From NCBI RefSeq assembly GCF_037722395.1, contig NZ_JBBKAR010000033.1, positions 433,390 to 497,389 of the forward strand: DNA of 64,000 nt, in the 5' to 3' direction. A program made the position numbers and the translations under genes. The notes beneath the pieces were generated by a model that was not told the DNA's origin, searched no databases, and saw only the letters and a program-made list of their open reading frames with translations. The stretch is from Saccharibacillus sacchari (GTDB lineage: Bacteria; Bacillota; Bacilli; Paenibacillales; Paenibacillaceae). Below are positions 38,241 to 49,803 of this stretch, piece by piece (position 1 is the first letter of the stretch; each line of letters starts with the position of its first letter).

Positions 38241-40220
38241 ATGAATTTGAAAATGAAATTGGCTATTTTGTTGGTAGTCGTGACCCTTTTGGGTACGGGC
38301 AGCATTAGCATCGCGGCGCTGAGCAGCATGAGAAATGAAGCCGAAGAGTCAATCAGCGATAACTTGCGGAGTACGGCTGAAAATACAGCAGAGCAAATCG
38401 GAGGCTGGGTTGGCAAAAATGCAAAAGTCGTGGAGACAACGGCTCAAATCATTGAGTCTTCAGTCCCTTTGGATCAAATCAAAGAAAGCCAGCTTCAAGC
38501 TTATACAGCTGAATCCAACAAAAACAATTTGTCCGATATCTACGTGGGGATGGAAGACGGGCGTATGATCGACGGCTCCGGCTGGGTTCCGGAAGCGGGA
38601 TACGATGTCAAAGTGCGTCCATGGTATACGGAAGGAAAAGCAGCGAATGCGCTGAACTTCAGCAATCCTTACCTGGACATGATCAGCGGCGATTACGCCG
38701 TCTCGATCGGGTATCCGCTGCATGAAGCCGACGGTACTTTTGCCGGGGTGGTCGCGGGCGATATGAAGCTGTCCACGTTGACGGATACGATCAACAACAT
38801 CAAGATCGACGGCGGGTTCGCGTTTATGACGGATAAAACAGGCGTTGTACTTGCTCACCCCGATGCGGATGACGTCAATAAACCGCTAAAAGAAATCGCC
38901 GATTATTCGGGCATCGCCGATCAGATCCTGCAAGGCGGAGATTCCGGCAGCTTGACGTACACGTACAAAGGCGAACCGCAATTGCTTTATTATCAAAAGG
39001 TGGACGGTACAGGCTGGTTTGTAGCCGCTTCGGTATCCAAAAGCTATGCGTTTGCCGAATACGTGCACATGCGTAATCTGTTTATCGGCGGCATTATCGG
39101 TCTTGCCGTTTTGTTGGGAGCTTTGGCCGTATTCGCCGCCGCTCGCCTGATCAAACCGCTGATTCTGCTGCAAAAAAGCGCGCAAAGCATGGCCGAAGGC
39201 GATCTGACGGTTAGCGTCGACGTTAAAGGCAAAGACGAAATCGGCAAGCTCGGCACGGCGTTCAACGAAATGTCGGCGAGCCTGCGTGAACTGATCCATG
39301 CGGCGGCAGGTTCGGCGGAAGGCGTGGAAAACTCGGCTAAATACATGCACGGTCAAGCCGAAGGCGCGAAGCATATCTCGGATCAAATCGCGGTCGTCAT
39401 CGAAGAATTGGCGAAAGGCGCAACGGATCAAGCGTCCTCGATCCAAACAGGAGTCGAGCAACTGGGCGATATGAACGAGTCGATCGAAGCGATCGCGAGC
39501 AGTGCAGGTCTGGCCGCATCCAGCGCAGACGAAGTAACCGAAGCGATGAAAGGCGGCCTGGAAGCCGTGGCTTCGCAAGGCGATCTGACCGAAGCAAGCC
39601 GCAGCTCGGCGGGACGCGTGGAAGAAGCCAACCGCCGCCTCGGCGATCAGACTGTGAAGATCGGCGAAGCCGTTAGTCTGATTCACACCGTGGCGAAACA
39701 AACCAACTTGCTTGCGCTGAACGCGGCGATCGAAGCGGCGCGTGCAGGCGAGCATGGCAAAGGCTTCAGCGTTGTCGCGGACGAAGTGCGCAAGCTGGCG
39801 GAACAGACCCGCGCTTCGGCGGCGGATATCGATACGCTTCTGGCAGGCGTGCAGGAAGCCGGTCGTCAAAGCATTGATGAAATCCAGGAATTCCAGGCAA
39901 CCGTGGATAAACAGATCGAAGCGGCAGCCTCTACGCGCGGAGCGTTCGACGTCATTCGCGGCTTGGTCGATGGCATTACGAGCCGGATTCGCGAAGTGTC
40001 TATCGCATCGGACGAGCTGAAGCACAGCGCGGATCATGTTTCTTCGATCATGACCGATATCGCGGCGGTAGCGGAGCAAAGCGCAGCGAGCACGGAAGAA
40101 GCGGCATCTTCGACGCAAGAGCAGGCTCAGGCCATTTCCAGCATTTCCGATCTCTCGGGCGAAGTGTCCGTGAGCGCCGATGAACTGCGCGCGAGAATCG
40201 CCAAGTTCAAAACGGAATGA
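38241..40220 (+). CDS. methyl-accepting chemotaxis protein (dCache_1 sensor + HAMP + MCP signalling domain), paralog 1
   Basis: A transmembrane segment is followed by a periplasmic double-Cache domain, a second transmembrane segment, HAMP and the conserved MCP signalling domain. The start is taken at MNLKMK… after a ribosome-binding site AAGGGGG. Confidence 0.9.
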   Translation: MNLKMKLAILLVVVTLLGTGSISIAALSSMRNEAEESISDNLRSTAENTAEQIGGWVGKNAKVVETTAQIIESSVPLDQIKESQLQAYTAESNKNNLSDIYVGMEDGRMIDGSGWVPEAGYDVKVRPWYTEGKAANALNFSNPYLDMISGDYAVSIGYPLHEADGTFAGVVAGDMKLSTLTDTINNIKIDGGFAFMTDKTGVVLAHPDADDVNKPLKEIADYSGIADQILQGGDSGSLTYTYKGEPQLLYYQKVDGTGWFVAASVSKSYAFAEYVHMRNLFIGGIIGLAVLLGALAVFAAARLIKPLILLQKSAQSMAEGDLTVSVDVKGKDEIGKLGTAFNEMSASLRELIHAAAGSAEGVENSAKYMHGQAEGAKHISDQIAVVIEELAKGATDQASSIQTGVEQLGDMNESIEAIASSAGLAASSADEVTEAMKGGLEAVASQGDLTEASRSSAGRVEEANRRLGDQTVKIGEAVSLIHTVAKQTNLLALNAAIEAARAGEHGKGFSVVADEVRKLAEQTRASAADIDTLLAGVQEAGRQSIDEIQEFQATVDKQIEAAASTRGAFDVIRGLVDGITSRIREVSIASDELKHSADHVSSIMTDIAAVAEQSAASTEEAASSTQEQAQAISSISDLSGEVSVSADELRARIAKFKTE

Positions 40221-40271
40221 ATAAACGCATCAGCATCGGATCTATCTTGATTATCAAGGGAGGCGTCTGGG

Positions 40272-42257
40272 ATGAACCTGAAAATGAAGTTGGCCGCACT
40301 ATTGGTCGTCGTAACGTTGGTTGGCACGGGAAGTATCAGTATCGCGGCACTCAGCAGCATGAAAAACGAAGCGGAAGAATCGATCAGTGACAGCTTGCGC
40401 GCGACGGCCACCAACACGTCCGAGCAAATCGGCGGTTGGGTCGCGGCCAATGCCAAACTGGTCGAAACGACCGCGCTGACGCTTCAGGCTTCCGTTCCGC
40501 TGGATCAAATCCAGGTTAAACATCTTCAAGCATTCCAAGCCGATTCGAACAAAGACAAGATCGGCGATATGTACGTCGGCCTGGAAAGCGGCAAATTGGT
40601 CGACGGGCTGGACTGGAAACCGGGCGCGGACTACGTATTGAAAGAACGGCCGTGGTACGTAGAAGCCAAAGCGGCCAACGCGTTGAACTTCAGCAATCCG
40701 TATCTCGATGCGGCCAGCAAGCAATATGCCGTCTCGATCGGGTATCCGCTTCGCGATTCGTCCGGCAATTTTGCCGGCGTGCTGGCCGGCGATATGCGGT
40801 TGTCCAAGCTTACGGAAACGATTAACAATATCAAGGTCGACGGCGGATTCGCGTTTATGACCGATAAAACGGGTGTCGTTCTGGCGCACCCGGATGCGGA
40901 CGACGTGAACAAACCGTTGAGCGAGATCGCCGATTATGCGGGCATCGCGAGCCAACTGCTGCAAGGCGATTCGGGCAGTCTGGAATACACGTACAAAGGC
41001 GAACCTCAGCTTCTGTACTATCAAAAAGTCGAAGGAACAGGTTGGGTGGTCGCCGCTTCCGTTTCTAAAAGCTATGCGTTTGCCGAATACGTGCAAATGC
41101 GCAACCTGTTTATCGGAGGCATTCTGCTGCTCGCCGTGCTGCTGACCGTCGTGGCGGTATTCGCCGCAGCCCGTCTGATCAAACCGCTGATCCTGCTGCA
41201 AAAAAGCGCGCAAAGCATGTCCGAAGGCGATCTGACGGTTAGCGTGGATGTGAAAGGCAAAGACGAAATCGGCAAGCTCGGCACGGCGTTCAACGAAATG
41301 TCGGCGAGCCTGCGTGAACTGATCCATGCGGCGGCCGGTTCTGCCGAAGGGGTAGAAAATTCGGCCAAATACATGCACGGTCAAGCCGAAGGCGCGAAGC
41401 ATATCTCGGATCAAATCGCGGTCGTCATCGAAGAACTGGCAAAAGGCGCAACGGATCAAGCGTCCTCGATCCAAACAGGAGTCGAGCAACTGGGCGATAT
41501 GAACGAATCGATCGAAGCGATCGCTAATAGCGCGGGCCTTGCCGCATCTAGCGCGGACGAAGTAACCGAAGCGATGAAAGGCGGCCTGGAAGCCGTGGCT
41601 TCGCAAGGCGATTTAACCGAAGCCAGCCGTAGTTCTGCGGGACGCGTGGAAGAAGCCAACCGCCGCCTCGGCGATCAGACGGTGAAGATCGGCGAGGCTG
41701 TTAGCCTGATTCATACGGTTGCCAAGCAAACGAATCTATTGGCGCTGAACGCGGCGATCGAAGCGGCGCGTGCAGGCGAGCATGGCAAAGGCTTCAGCGT
41801 GGTCGCGGACGAAGTACGCAAGCTGGCGGAACAGACCCGCGCTTCGGCGGCGGATATCGATACGCTTCTGGCAGGCGTGCAGGAAGCCGGTCGTCAAAGC
41901 ATTGATGAAATCCAGGAATTCCAGGCAACCGTGGATAAACAGATCGAAGCGGCAGCCTCTACGCGCGGAGCGTTCGACGTCATTCGCGGCTCGGTCGATG
42001 GCATTACGAGCCGGATTCGCGAAGTGTCTATCGCATCGGACGAGCTGAAACACAGCGCGGATCATGTTTCTTCGATCATGACCGATATCGCGGCCGTTGC
42101 GGAGCAAAGCGCAGCGAGCACGGAAGAAGCGGCATCTTCGACGCAAGAGCAGGCTCAGGCCATTTCCAGCATTTCCGATCTCTCGGGCGAAGTGTCCGTG
42201 AGCGCCGATGAACTGCGCGCGAGAATCGCGAAGTTCAAAACGGAAGAATCGGCATAA
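40272..42257 (+). CDS. methyl-accepting chemotaxis protein, paralog 2 (tandem duplicate)
   Basis: Same architecture as paralog 1. The C-terminal ~350 aa are identical to paralog 1, and the final ~450 nt are almost identical at nucleotide level. Confidence 0.9.
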   Translation: MNLKMKLAALLVVVTLVGTGSISIAALSSMKNEAEESISDSLRATATNTSEQIGGWVAANAKLVETTALTLQASVPLDQIQVKHLQAFQADSNKDKIGDMYVGLESGKLVDGLDWKPGADYVLKERPWYVEAKAANALNFSNPYLDAASKQYAVSIGYPLRDSSGNFAGVLAGDMRLSKLTETINNIKVDGGFAFMTDKTGVVLAHPDADDVNKPLSEIADYAGIASQLLQGDSGSLEYTYKGEPQLLYYQKVEGTGWVVAASVSKSYAFAEYVQMRNLFIGGILLLAVLLTVVAVFAAARLIKPLILLQKSAQSMSEGDLTVSVDVKGKDEIGKLGTAFNEMSASLRELIHAAAGSAEGVENSAKYMHGQAEGAKHISDQIAVVIEELAKGATDQASSIQTGVEQLGDMNESIEAIANSAGLAASSADEVTEAMKGGLEAVASQGDLTEASRSSAGRVEEANRRLGDQTVKIGEAVSLIHTVAKQTNLLALNAAIEAARAGEHGKGFSVVADEVRKLAEQTRASAADIDTLLAGVQEAGRQSIDEIQEFQATVDKQIEAAASTRGAFDVIRGSVDGITSRIREVSIASDELKHSADHVSSIMTDIAAVAEQSAASTEEAASSTQEQAQAISSISDLSGEVSVSADELRARIAKFKTEESA

Positions 42258-42315
42258 TTCGTTCCAAACGTTCCCCTATTTATGGCAGACGCCATGGGGA
42301 ACGTTTTTTTGTGCA
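42258..42315 (+). terminator. rho-independent terminator (AACGTTCCCC…GGGGAACGTT + T-run)
   Basis: A 10-bp stem followed by TTTTTTTGT. Confidence 0.75.
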
Positions 42316-42414
42316 TATTTTTAAAAAAGCCCGGCTTCGGGTAAACTGAAAGTAGAGAAAGGCCGAGCCGAAGCGCTCAAGCCGCATCGAATCCACAGAA
42401 GGGAGTCGTGAACA

Positions 42415-43500
42415 ATGAAGGAAGATGAAGAATTGCGGGAGCAGGGCGATCAGGATGATCAAGCACCGGGTTGGGATGCGATTTACGCGGTATTGAATAA
42501 GCGTTATCCGGGAGTCGAACCTTTTCATTACGGCACGCTGATTTCGTATCAATTGGGAGGACCCGATCCGCTCAACGGGGTCAGCGTATATGCTTGCGAA
42601 GAGCCGGTCCCGCACTGGCATTATGTGACGTATGGGTTCACAGAGCTGTATGAAAAGGAATCCGAAAATACGGAGTACAGCGGTTTTGGCTTTGAATTGA
42701 CCTTGCGGTTGGCGCGTGAAGGCGAAGAACAACCGCCTGCCTGGGCGATCAATTTCCTTCAGAACCTGGCGCGGTACGTTTTTAACAGCGGAAACGGGTT
42801 CCAGTCCGGACACCATCTGGATGCCAACGGTCCGATTGAAGCAGAAAGGGACACGCCGATTACGGCTGTCGCTTTTGTGGAAGATCCGGAACTGGGGGAA
42901 GCCATCTCTCCTTTTGGCAAGTTCCAATTTTTGCAGGTGGTTGGGATTACGGCAGACGAGCTGGATATGATCAAAGTCTGGAATACACGGAGTTTTCTCG
43001 AATTAGCCAAGCAGCATCTCCCCCTGTATCTGACCGATCTTACCCGTCGTTCGTTGCTTGAAGATGCCGGGATCAGAGCTGCTGCCGAAATGGGCGTACG
43101 TACGGAAGGATCAAGCACAGGCGTACTATACTTCGAAAGTTTGAGCTGGGAAGAGAAAAGAAACCTGTTTAAAGGCAATTCCTATACGCTTCAGCTCGGC
43201 GCCAAACAGGCGGAATCGTTGGCACGTATTTTGTCGGGACGCCTGCTGCACGATCGGGATTTGACATTGATGGGTCCCGATACAGGAGTCGTGATGATTC
43301 CCGATGTACAGAACCGAATAGCGGAACTGGATAACGCGCTGCAATTGTACCTGAATGCGGATGCAGTAGCTGAACTGTCTCGCCGTCTAGTGCCCAAAGA
43401 AAGCGAATTCCAACTGGATACGATGGAAAGCTTGACCATTCGTATTGTCAAAACACTGATGCGCGATCCGGATGGGAATATTGTGGAGACGATCGGTTAA
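42415..43500 (+). CDS. SUFU (suppressor-of-fused)-like domain protein
   Basis: The N-terminal region (…WDAIYAVLNKRYPGVEPFHYGTLISYQLGGPDPLNGVSVYACEEPVPHWHYVTYGFTELYEKES…) matches the pattern of bacterial SUFU-family proteins. A terminator follows at 43525-43575. Confidence 0.55.
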   Translation: MKEDEELREQGDQDDQAPGWDAIYAVLNKRYPGVEPFHYGTLISYQLGGPDPLNGVSVYACEEPVPHWHYVTYGFTELYEKESENTEYSGFGFELTLRLAREGEEQPPAWAINFLQNLARYVFNSGNGFQSGHHLDANGPIEAERDTPITAVAFVEDPELGEAISPFGKFQFLQVVGITADELDMIKVWNTRSFLELAKQHLPLYLTDLTRRSLLEDAGIRAAAEMGVRTEGSSTGVLYFESLSWEEKRNLFKGNSYTLQLGAKQAESLARILSGRLLHDRDLTLMGPDTGVVMIPDVQNRIAELDNALQLYLNADAVAELSRRLVPKESEFQLDTMESLTIRIVKTLMRDPDGNIVETIG

Positions 43501-43821
43501 CGAATAGATGGCTTTCGATCTGCACGACAAACCGCGCCGACTGGTCTTTTGGGTTGGCGGCGGTTTTTTTGCGGTTTCACTAAAATGTCAAAACCTTGCA
43601 TCCGATAATAGGTTCAAAGACAAGCATGATTTTGAAAGATTGAACGTTTTTGAGGAAAGAAGAATCCTGAACAGGGAAGCGTTACCAAAGCTTTACCCGC
43701 AAGAAATGAAGGGTTTTCAACTTTTTAGATTCCTGATGAAATATTTTGAATGTTTTTGGAGAAAAGTGATTGTTTTTTGTTAAAGCGTAGGTTACAATGA
43801 GTGGCAGATGGAGGAATCAAT

Positions 43822-44568
43822 ATGTTGACAGAAGAAAGATACCGAATCATACTACAGCGCTTACAAGTTTCCGGAATAGTCAAGCTTCAGGAACTCGTCG
43901 AGCTGCTGGGTACCTCCGAATCAACGGTACGGCGCGATTTGATCGACCTGGAGTCGCAGCATCTGCTCAAGCGTGTGCACGGTGGGGCTTCTCTGCTGCA
44001 TCGTCGGAGCGAAGAACCCGGCATGGAAGAGAAAACGTTCAAAAACGTTCAGCAAAAGAATGCAGTCGGTCGCGCAGCGGCTCGTCAGCTTCGGGACGGC
44101 GAATGTATTTACATCGATGCGGGGACAACGACGCTCGCTATGATTCCTTTTATCGAAGCACAAGACATTACGGTCGTGACGAATGGACTTTCGCATGTCG
44201 AAGCACTGGTCAGCAAAAATATTCGTGCTTATCTACTTGGCGGCATGATGAAAAGCCATACGAAAGCCGTCATCGGCAGTATTGCTCTTCAAAATATGGA
44301 CAACTTCCGATTCGACAAAGCTTTTATCGGAACCAACGGTGTGAACGCCGAATTTGGATTTACGACGCCTGACCCGGAAGAAGCGCTAATCAAGCGCCGT
44401 GCGCGGCAGTTGGCGGAACGTTCGTATGTATTGGCGGATGCCAGCAAGTTTGGAGAAGTGGCCTTTGCCAAATTATTCGATCTCAAGGAAGCCGCGATCA
44501 TTACCGACTCGATTCCCGAGCGGTGGAGAAAGTCGATTCTTGAGAAAACCAAAATAATCGAGGGATGA
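43822..44568 (+). CDS. fruR: DeoR-family repressor of the fructose operon
   Basis: An N-terminal helix-turn-helix (…TSESTVRRDLIDLE…) is followed by a DeoR C-terminal sugar-binding domain. The fruR-fruK-fruA order is conserved. Confidence 0.85.
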   Translation: MLTEERYRIILQRLQVSGIVKLQELVELLGTSESTVRRDLIDLESQHLLKRVHGGASLLHRRSEEPGMEEKTFKNVQQKNAVGRAAARQLRDGECIYIDAGTTTLAMIPFIEAQDITVVTNGLSHVEALVSKNIRAYLLGGMMKSHTKAVIGSIALQNMDNFRFDKAFIGTNGVNAEFGFTTPDPEEALIKRRARQLAERSYVLADASKFGEVAFAKLFDLKEAAIITDSIPERWRKSILEKTKIIEG

Positions 44569-44571
44569 ATC

Positions 44572-45483
44572 ATGATTTACACCGTAACGCTTAATCCTTC
44601 TATCGATTACATCGTGGAAGTGGAAGATTTGAAGCTGGACGCATTGAACCGTATGAAGCGTGATTTGAAGCTCCCCGGGGGAAAAGGAATCAACGTATCG
44701 CGGATTCTGAGTCGCCTTGGCGTTGAAAATACAGCATGGGGTTTCCTGGGAGGATTCACGGGACGTTTTATCGAGGATGTACTCAAGTCCGAATCGATTG
44801 TGACGGATTTCGTCAACGTACAAGACGATACGCGGATCAATATTAAGCTGAAGCATGGCGGCGAGACCGAGATTAACGGCCAAGGGCCGCAAATCGGAGA
44901 CAAGGAAGCCCATGCGCTGGTGGAGAAGCTGAGAGCGCTTACCGAAGAGGATATCGTGGTTCTATCGGGTAGCGTTCCTCCTTCGCTCGGCGGTTCGTTC
45001 TACGATCGACTGATTGCGGTAATCAAGGAACGCGGCGCGAAATTCGTGATCGACACCACGGGGGACGCGCTGCTCCAGGCATTGCCTCACGGTCCGTTGC
45101 TCGTCAAGCCGAATCACCATGAACTGGCCGAACTGTTCGGCGTTGAGATCGAAGGTCAAGAAGACCTGATCAAGTACGGACGCAAACTGCTGGAAAAAGG
45201 CGCTAAAAACGTGCTGATTTCCATGGCGGGCGACGGGGCGCTTTTGGTGACAGAAGAACAGGTCTACCACGCCAACGTTCCCAAAGGAGAAGTACGCAAC
45301 TCCGTCGGTGCAGGCGATTCCATGATTGCGGGATTTGTCGGCACATTGGCCAAAACAAACAACCCGCTGGAAGCACTCCGTACCGGTACGGCTTCAGGCA
45401 GTGCTACCGCGTTCTCGGATGACCTGGCCGAGCGGGCGAAGATTGATTCGCTGCTGTCGCAGGTTCAAGTGAATCCCGTTTAA
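44572..45483 (+). CDS. fruK: 1-phosphofructokinase (PfkB family)
   Basis: PfkB motifs are present (…GGKGINV…, …GAGDSMIAG…). Confidence 0.9.
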   Translation: MIYTVTLNPSIDYIVEVEDLKLDALNRMKRDLKLPGGKGINVSRILSRLGVENTAWGFLGGFTGRFIEDVLKSESIVTDFVNVQDDTRINIKLKHGGETEINGQGPQIGDKEAHALVEKLRALTEEDIVVLSGSVPPSLGGSFYDRLIAVIKERGAKFVIDTTGDALLQALPHGPLLVKPNHHELAELFGVEIEGQEDLIKYGRKLLEKGAKNVLISMAGDGALLVTEEQVYHANVPKGEVRNSVGAGDSMIAGFVGTLAKTNNPLEALRTGTASGSATAFSDDLAERAKIDSLLSQVQVNPV

Positions 45484-45624
45484 TGCTTCACCGATAGATC
45501 GCGCAGGCTTGATCGAGCTGTCGGTCAAGCACCCGGCAAGTCAAAGCAAGGCCCGCGAGGGCAAAGGCAATAAACGGCGTGCGGAAACCGCGCGCCGACA
45601 ACACCTCCAGAGGAGTGGAACAAG

Positions 45625-47577
45625 ATGAGAATTACGGACCTGATGATTGAACCGGTCATGATCCTGGACCTGCGGTCCATTACGAAAGAAGCCGTTATCG
45701 ACGAATTGATCGCGTCTTTGAATAAAAGCGGAAGAATCAACGACGCCGCGGCGTTCAAGCAAGCGATTCTGGCTCGCGAAGCGCAATCCAGCACGGGGAT
45801 CGGCGAAGGCATCGCCATGCCGCACGCCAAAACGAGCGCGGTAAACGAGCCGACGATCGTGTTCGGCAAAAGCTCGGCCGGCGTCGAGTACGAATCTCTC
45901 GACGAACAGCCTGCGCATTTCTTCTTCATGATCGCTGTTCCGGAAGGCGAATCCAATCTGCATCTGCAAGCGCTCAAAGTGCTGTCGCGCATGCTGCTTG
46001 ATCCCGATTTCCTGGCTAAGCTTCGCAATGTTCGCACACCGGCCGAAGTTACCGCATTGTTCAATGCCGCCCAAGCGGAATCCGAAGGCGCCCAAGCTTC
46101 TGCTTCGTCTGCGAACGCAAGCGCTTCCGCCGCATCCGGCACGATCGTGGGCAACCCCAATTCCGACAAGTTCGTCGTAGCGGTAACCGCTTGTCCAACC
46201 GGCATTGCGCACACATTCATGGCGGAAGACGCATTGAAGAAAAAAGCCAAAGAACTCGGCGTGAATATTCGCGTTGAAACGAACGGTTCCGAAGGTGTCG
46301 GTAACGAACTGACGGCCGACGAGATCGCTCGTGCAAGCGGCGTCATCATCGCGGCGGACAAGAACGTCGAGATGGCCCGTTTCAGCGGCAAACCGGTTCT
46401 CCAACGTCCAGTCAGCGACGGTATCCGCAAATCCGAAGAACTGATTCGCAAAGCAGCCAGCGGCGATGCGCCGATCTACCGTCATGAAGGCGGAGCAGCG
46501 ACAGGCGGTTCCGACAAAGGCGCCAAAATCAGCGTAGGCGGCAAAATCTACAAAGACCTGATGAACGGCATCTCGCATATGCTTCCGTTCGTGGTCGGCG
46601 GCGGTATTCTGATTGCGATCTCGTTCCTGTTCGAGCAATACGGCGGCGGCGGAGCGGAAAATCCGATCTTCAAACTGTTGATGGGAATCGGCGGCGGAGA
46701 CGGAGCATTCCACTTCCTGATTCCGATCCTCGCAGGCTTTATCGCGATGAGCATTGGCGACCGCCCAGCCCTGATGCCGGGTATCGTCGGCGGTTATCTG
46801 GCTTCGACATCGGGCGCGGGCTTCCTCGGCGGTCTGGTAGCGGGCTTCCTGGCCGGTTATATCGTCATCGGTCTTCGCAAAGTATTCAAAGGCATTCCGA
46901 AAAGCATCGAAGGTCTGAAGCCAATTCTGCTGTATCCGGTCTTCGGTCTGCTGCTGACAGGGATCGTGATGTACTACGTGATCGATCCGGTGTTCGGCGG
47001 TCTGAACACCTGGATCACGAACGTATTGGAAAACCTGGGTACAGGTAACGCGGTTCTGCTGGGCTTGCTGCTCGGCGGCATGATGGCAATCGACATGGGC
47101 GGTCCATTCAACAAAGCAGCTTACACTTTCGCGATCGGGATCTTCACTTCCACAGGCGATGGCGCTTGGATGGCAGCGGTTATGGCAGGCGGTATGGTTC
47201 CGCCGCTGGCAATCGCGCTTGCAACGACCTTCTTCAAAAACAAATTCGATGAGCAAGAACGCAAATCCGGCATCACGAACTACGTGCTTGGCCTAAGCTT
47301 CATCACGGAAGGCGCGATTCCATTCGCAGCGGCTGATCCGCTGCGCGTCCTGACTTCCTGCATCATCGGCTCCGCGGTAGCGGGCGGCCTGACTCAACTG
47401 TGGGCAATCAACGTTCCGGCTCCACACGGCGGTATCTTCGTCGCTGCACTGGCTAACCACGCGCTGTTGTTCTTGCTGACTGTCGTCATCGGTTCGGTTA
47501 TCTCCGGCCTGATCCTCGGTTTTTGGAAAAAAACGCTGGCGCAACGCGCGGAAATCGCAGCTAAAAAAGCCGCATAA
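45625..47577 (+). CDS. fruA: PTS fructose-specific EIIA-EIIB-EIIC component
   Basis: An N-terminal EIIA(Fru/Mtl) domain with a His site, an EIIB domain with a Cys site (…VTACPTGIAHT…) and a C-terminal EIIC membrane domain are present. Confidence 0.9.
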   Translation: MRITDLMIEPVMILDLRSITKEAVIDELIASLNKSGRINDAAAFKQAILAREAQSSTGIGEGIAMPHAKTSAVNEPTIVFGKSSAGVEYESLDEQPAHFFFMIAVPEGESNLHLQALKVLSRMLLDPDFLAKLRNVRTPAEVTALFNAAQAESEGAQASASSANASASAASGTIVGNPNSDKFVVAVTACPTGIAHTFMAEDALKKKAKELGVNIRVETNGSEGVGNELTADEIARASGVIIAADKNVEMARFSGKPVLQRPVSDGIRKSEELIRKAASGDAPIYRHEGGAATGGSDKGAKISVGGKIYKDLMNGISHMLPFVVGGGILIAISFLFEQYGGGGAENPIFKLLMGIGGGDGAFHFLIPILAGFIAMSIGDRPALMPGIVGGYLASTSGAGFLGGLVAGFLAGYIVIGLRKVFKGIPKSIEGLKPILLYPVFGLLLTGIVMYYVIDPVFGGLNTWITNVLENLGTGNAVLLGLLLGGMMAIDMGGPFNKAAYTFAIGIFTSTGDGAWMAAVMAGGMVPPLAIALATTFFKNKFDEQERKSGITNYVLGLSFITEGAIPFAAADPLRVLTSCIIGSAVAGGLTQLWAINVPAPHGGIFVAALANHALLFLLTVVIGSVISGLILGFWKKTLAQRAEIAAKKAA

Positions 47578-47599
47578 TCGTCTAAAAACCTTTTTCGTC

Positions 47600-47650
47600 A
47601 AACATCCGTGTTGCCCAAACTTTGGGCGATACGGATGTTTCTTTTTTATA
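47600..47650 (+). terminator. rho-independent terminator after fruA
   Basis: AACATCCGT…ACGGATGTT followed by a T-run. Confidence 0.75.
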
Positions 47651-47865
47651 TGATCATTCCTTTTTCGATGTATTCATGAAAAAAAAGGTAATATGATTCA
47701 AGCTGATCGTAGTCGGGTTAAGTACACTCGACATCAGGGAACGAAAAATAGATCCCGCAAGCCGTCGCAGCCGTTGTACTCTTTTCCATACATACATAAA
47801 ACGACGCAGGCTTTCCGAATAAACGCGGACTTACCCAACCGAATCTAATAAGGAGGCGGAAGAAG

Positions 47866-48969
47866 CTGAAACCGCTGGTAAGCATCATCGTACCGGTATT
47901 TAACGTAGAAGGTTATCTGGAGAGATGCCTCTACAGTCTGCTTGCGCAGACCTTGCAAAACATCGAGATTATTATCGTGGAGGACGGATCGACAGACGGT
48001 TCTCCGAAGATCGCCGCGGATTTCGCCGGTCGCGACTCCAGAATCCGATTGATCCGGCAGCAAAACCAAGGGTTGAGCGGCGCAAGAAATACAGGATTAA
48101 AAGCGGCGAACGGAAAATTCGTCGGTTTCGTCGACTCTGATGATTGGGTCGCGCCGGAAATGTTCGAAACGATGTATCGTCAGGCGGAAACGCACGGAGC
48201 CCAGATGTGCGCTTGCGATTACGCGCTGGCTTACGAGGACGGACGCATGGAAAGCTCGGTGCTTGGCTTGCGAAGCGAAAAGCTGGAGCTGCGCACGATT
48301 GGGCTGGATCGTTTTTGGAACAGCAAAACGCTTGGGGTCACCGTCTGGAACAAGCTATATGCCCGAAGCGTTATCGCGGAAAATTCGCTGTATTTCGAAT
48401 CGAACCGCAATGTGTTCAGCGAGGATGTATTATTCAATCTGTGCTTTTTGAAGCATGCCTCGGTCTGCGCGTCGGTTGCCGATTCGTTTTATTTTTATAT
48501 GCAGCGCGAGAACTCTTTAATGAAAAGCCCCAAACCGGATTACTTGAAAAGAGAGCTTTTTCTGGTCGACCGATTTTCGGATTACTACGCCGACTATGCG
48601 AATCGTGCCGTATACCGCGCACTGTTGACCCGGCTCTTTTTCGAACGGGTTCAAAATGCTTGCCTGCATAGCTTGGAAACGGGGGCCGGAGTCGCGAACG
48701 TGCATCGCGGGCTGGTCGAAGCGGGCGGGCACGCGTCGTTTGAGACCTGTATGCGGGAAGCCGGCGAAGACCGAACGATCTGGATGCCGATGCGGGTTTT
48801 TGCCCGAATCTGCGGAAAGCGCATGTACCGTTCGGCCGCCTGGTATTTGGGCCTGTTTGCGACGCTGTCCAAAGTCAAACAGCGTCTTGCGAGCAGCACG
48901 CAGCCGATCGGCATTGCGGATATGGCTCAAACCCGCGCCAAAGCAAGTCGAAAGGAGGAACCGGCTTGA
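47866..48969 (+). CDS. family-2 glycosyltransferase
   Basis: The GT2 N-terminal motif is present (…VSIIVPVFNVEGYLERCL…, DxD VDSDD). The start is uncertain: there is no ATG or GTG near the ribosome-binding site, and the frame is open from ~47860 (possibly CTG or TTG). Confidence 0.75.
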   Translation: MKPLVSIIVPVFNVEGYLERCLYSLLAQTLQNIEIIIVEDGSTDGSPKIAADFAGRDSRIRLIRQQNQGLSGARNTGLKAANGKFVGFVDSDDWVAPEMFETMYRQAETHGAQMCACDYALAYEDGRMESSVLGLRSEKLELRTIGLDRFWNSKTLGVTVWNKLYARSVIAENSLYFESNRNVFSEDVLFNLCFLKHASVCASVADSFYFYMQRENSLMKSPKPDYLKRELFLVDRFSDYYADYANRAVYRALLTRLFFERVQNACLHSLETGAGVANVHRGLVEAGGHASFETCMREAGEDRTIWMPMRVFARICGKRMYRSAAWYLGLFATLSKVKQRLASSTQPIGIADMAQTRAKASRKEEPA

Positions 48970-49745
48970 ATCGGATTCCGAAAATTATTCATTATTGCTG
49001 GTTCGGGCGAGGAGAGCTGCCGGAGCTGGCCCTTAAATGTATCGAGAGCTGGAAAACGCATTTGCCGGACTATCAAATCGTGCGTTGGGACGAAGACAGC
49101 TTCGATATCGAATCGAATCTTTTCGTTCGCCAGGCTTACGAAGCGCGCAGGTTCGCTTTCGTCAGCGATTACGTGCGGTTGTATGCGCTCTACACGCAAG
49201 GCGGCATTTATATGGATACCGACGTGCAGGTGTTGAAGCCGTTCGACCGTTTTTTGCATCATGAGGCTTTTTCCGGTTTCGAAACGCCGAAACGCATTCC
49301 GACGGCGGTTATGGGAGCCCAAGCGGGCAGCGGAATCATCCGAGACTTTATGAGTTATTACGACGATCGTCCTTTTATCAAGCCCGACGGCAACATGGAG
49401 ATCACGACCAACGTCACGATTATTACCGAATATTGCAGTAGCCTGGGATTCGTGCCGAATAACCGGTATCAGACATTCGACGGTTTTGCCCTTTATCCCC
49501 AAGACGTCTTCTGCCCGCTGAATTGGAGCGCCGACCACTCCAGAGCCGTCGATCGTCCGATTCCGGAAGAAAGCCACGCGGTTCACCATTTTGCAGGCTC
49601 ATGGCTGACCGAGAAAGAAATCCGGCGCAGCAAAAGCTTCGCATGGCGTCATTTCGGCAAGCCGATCGGCTTTGCGCTTCGCATGACCCGAACCGTTCTT
49701 GGGGATAAAAACTATGCCAAACTCAAACAGAAGTACGGAAATTAG
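48966..49745 (+). CDS. glycosyltransferase with a DXD sugar-binding region (GT32 / Gly_transf_sug-like)
   Basis: …IPKIIHYCWFGRGELPE…YMDTDV… resembles the OCH1/TcdA-type DXD glycosyltransferase domain. Confidence 0.65.
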   Translation: MNRIPKIIHYCWFGRGELPELALKCIESWKTHLPDYQIVRWDEDSFDIESNLFVRQAYEARRFAFVSDYVRLYALYTQGGIYMDTDVQVLKPFDRFLHHEAFSGFETPKRIPTAVMGAQAGSGIIRDFMSYYDDRPFIKPDGNMEITTNVTIITEYCSSLGFVPNNRYQTFDGFALYPQDVFCPLNWSADHSRAVDRPIPEESHAVHHFAGSWLTEKEIRRSKSFAWRHFGKPIGFALRMTRTVLGDKNYAKLKQKYGN

Positions 49746-49803
49746 TGCTTTTGATCGAAACAAATACCGATTTTCGGAAGCTTAACTCGAAAGGAAAGGT
49801 CCC

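Noticed and set aside
38886-41606. Minus-strand ORFs of 410 aa and 435 aa antisense to the two chemoreceptor genes
   Set aside because: These are antisense artefacts of the highly biased Ala/Glu-rich MCP coding sequence. Each MCP copy carries the same antisense pattern because of the sequence identity.
45541-47256. Minus-strand ORF of 571 aa antisense to fruA, and the 54551-55960 plus-strand ORF antisense to the ABC exporter
   Set aside because: They are nested antisense to genes with unambiguous motifs. No start signals are present.
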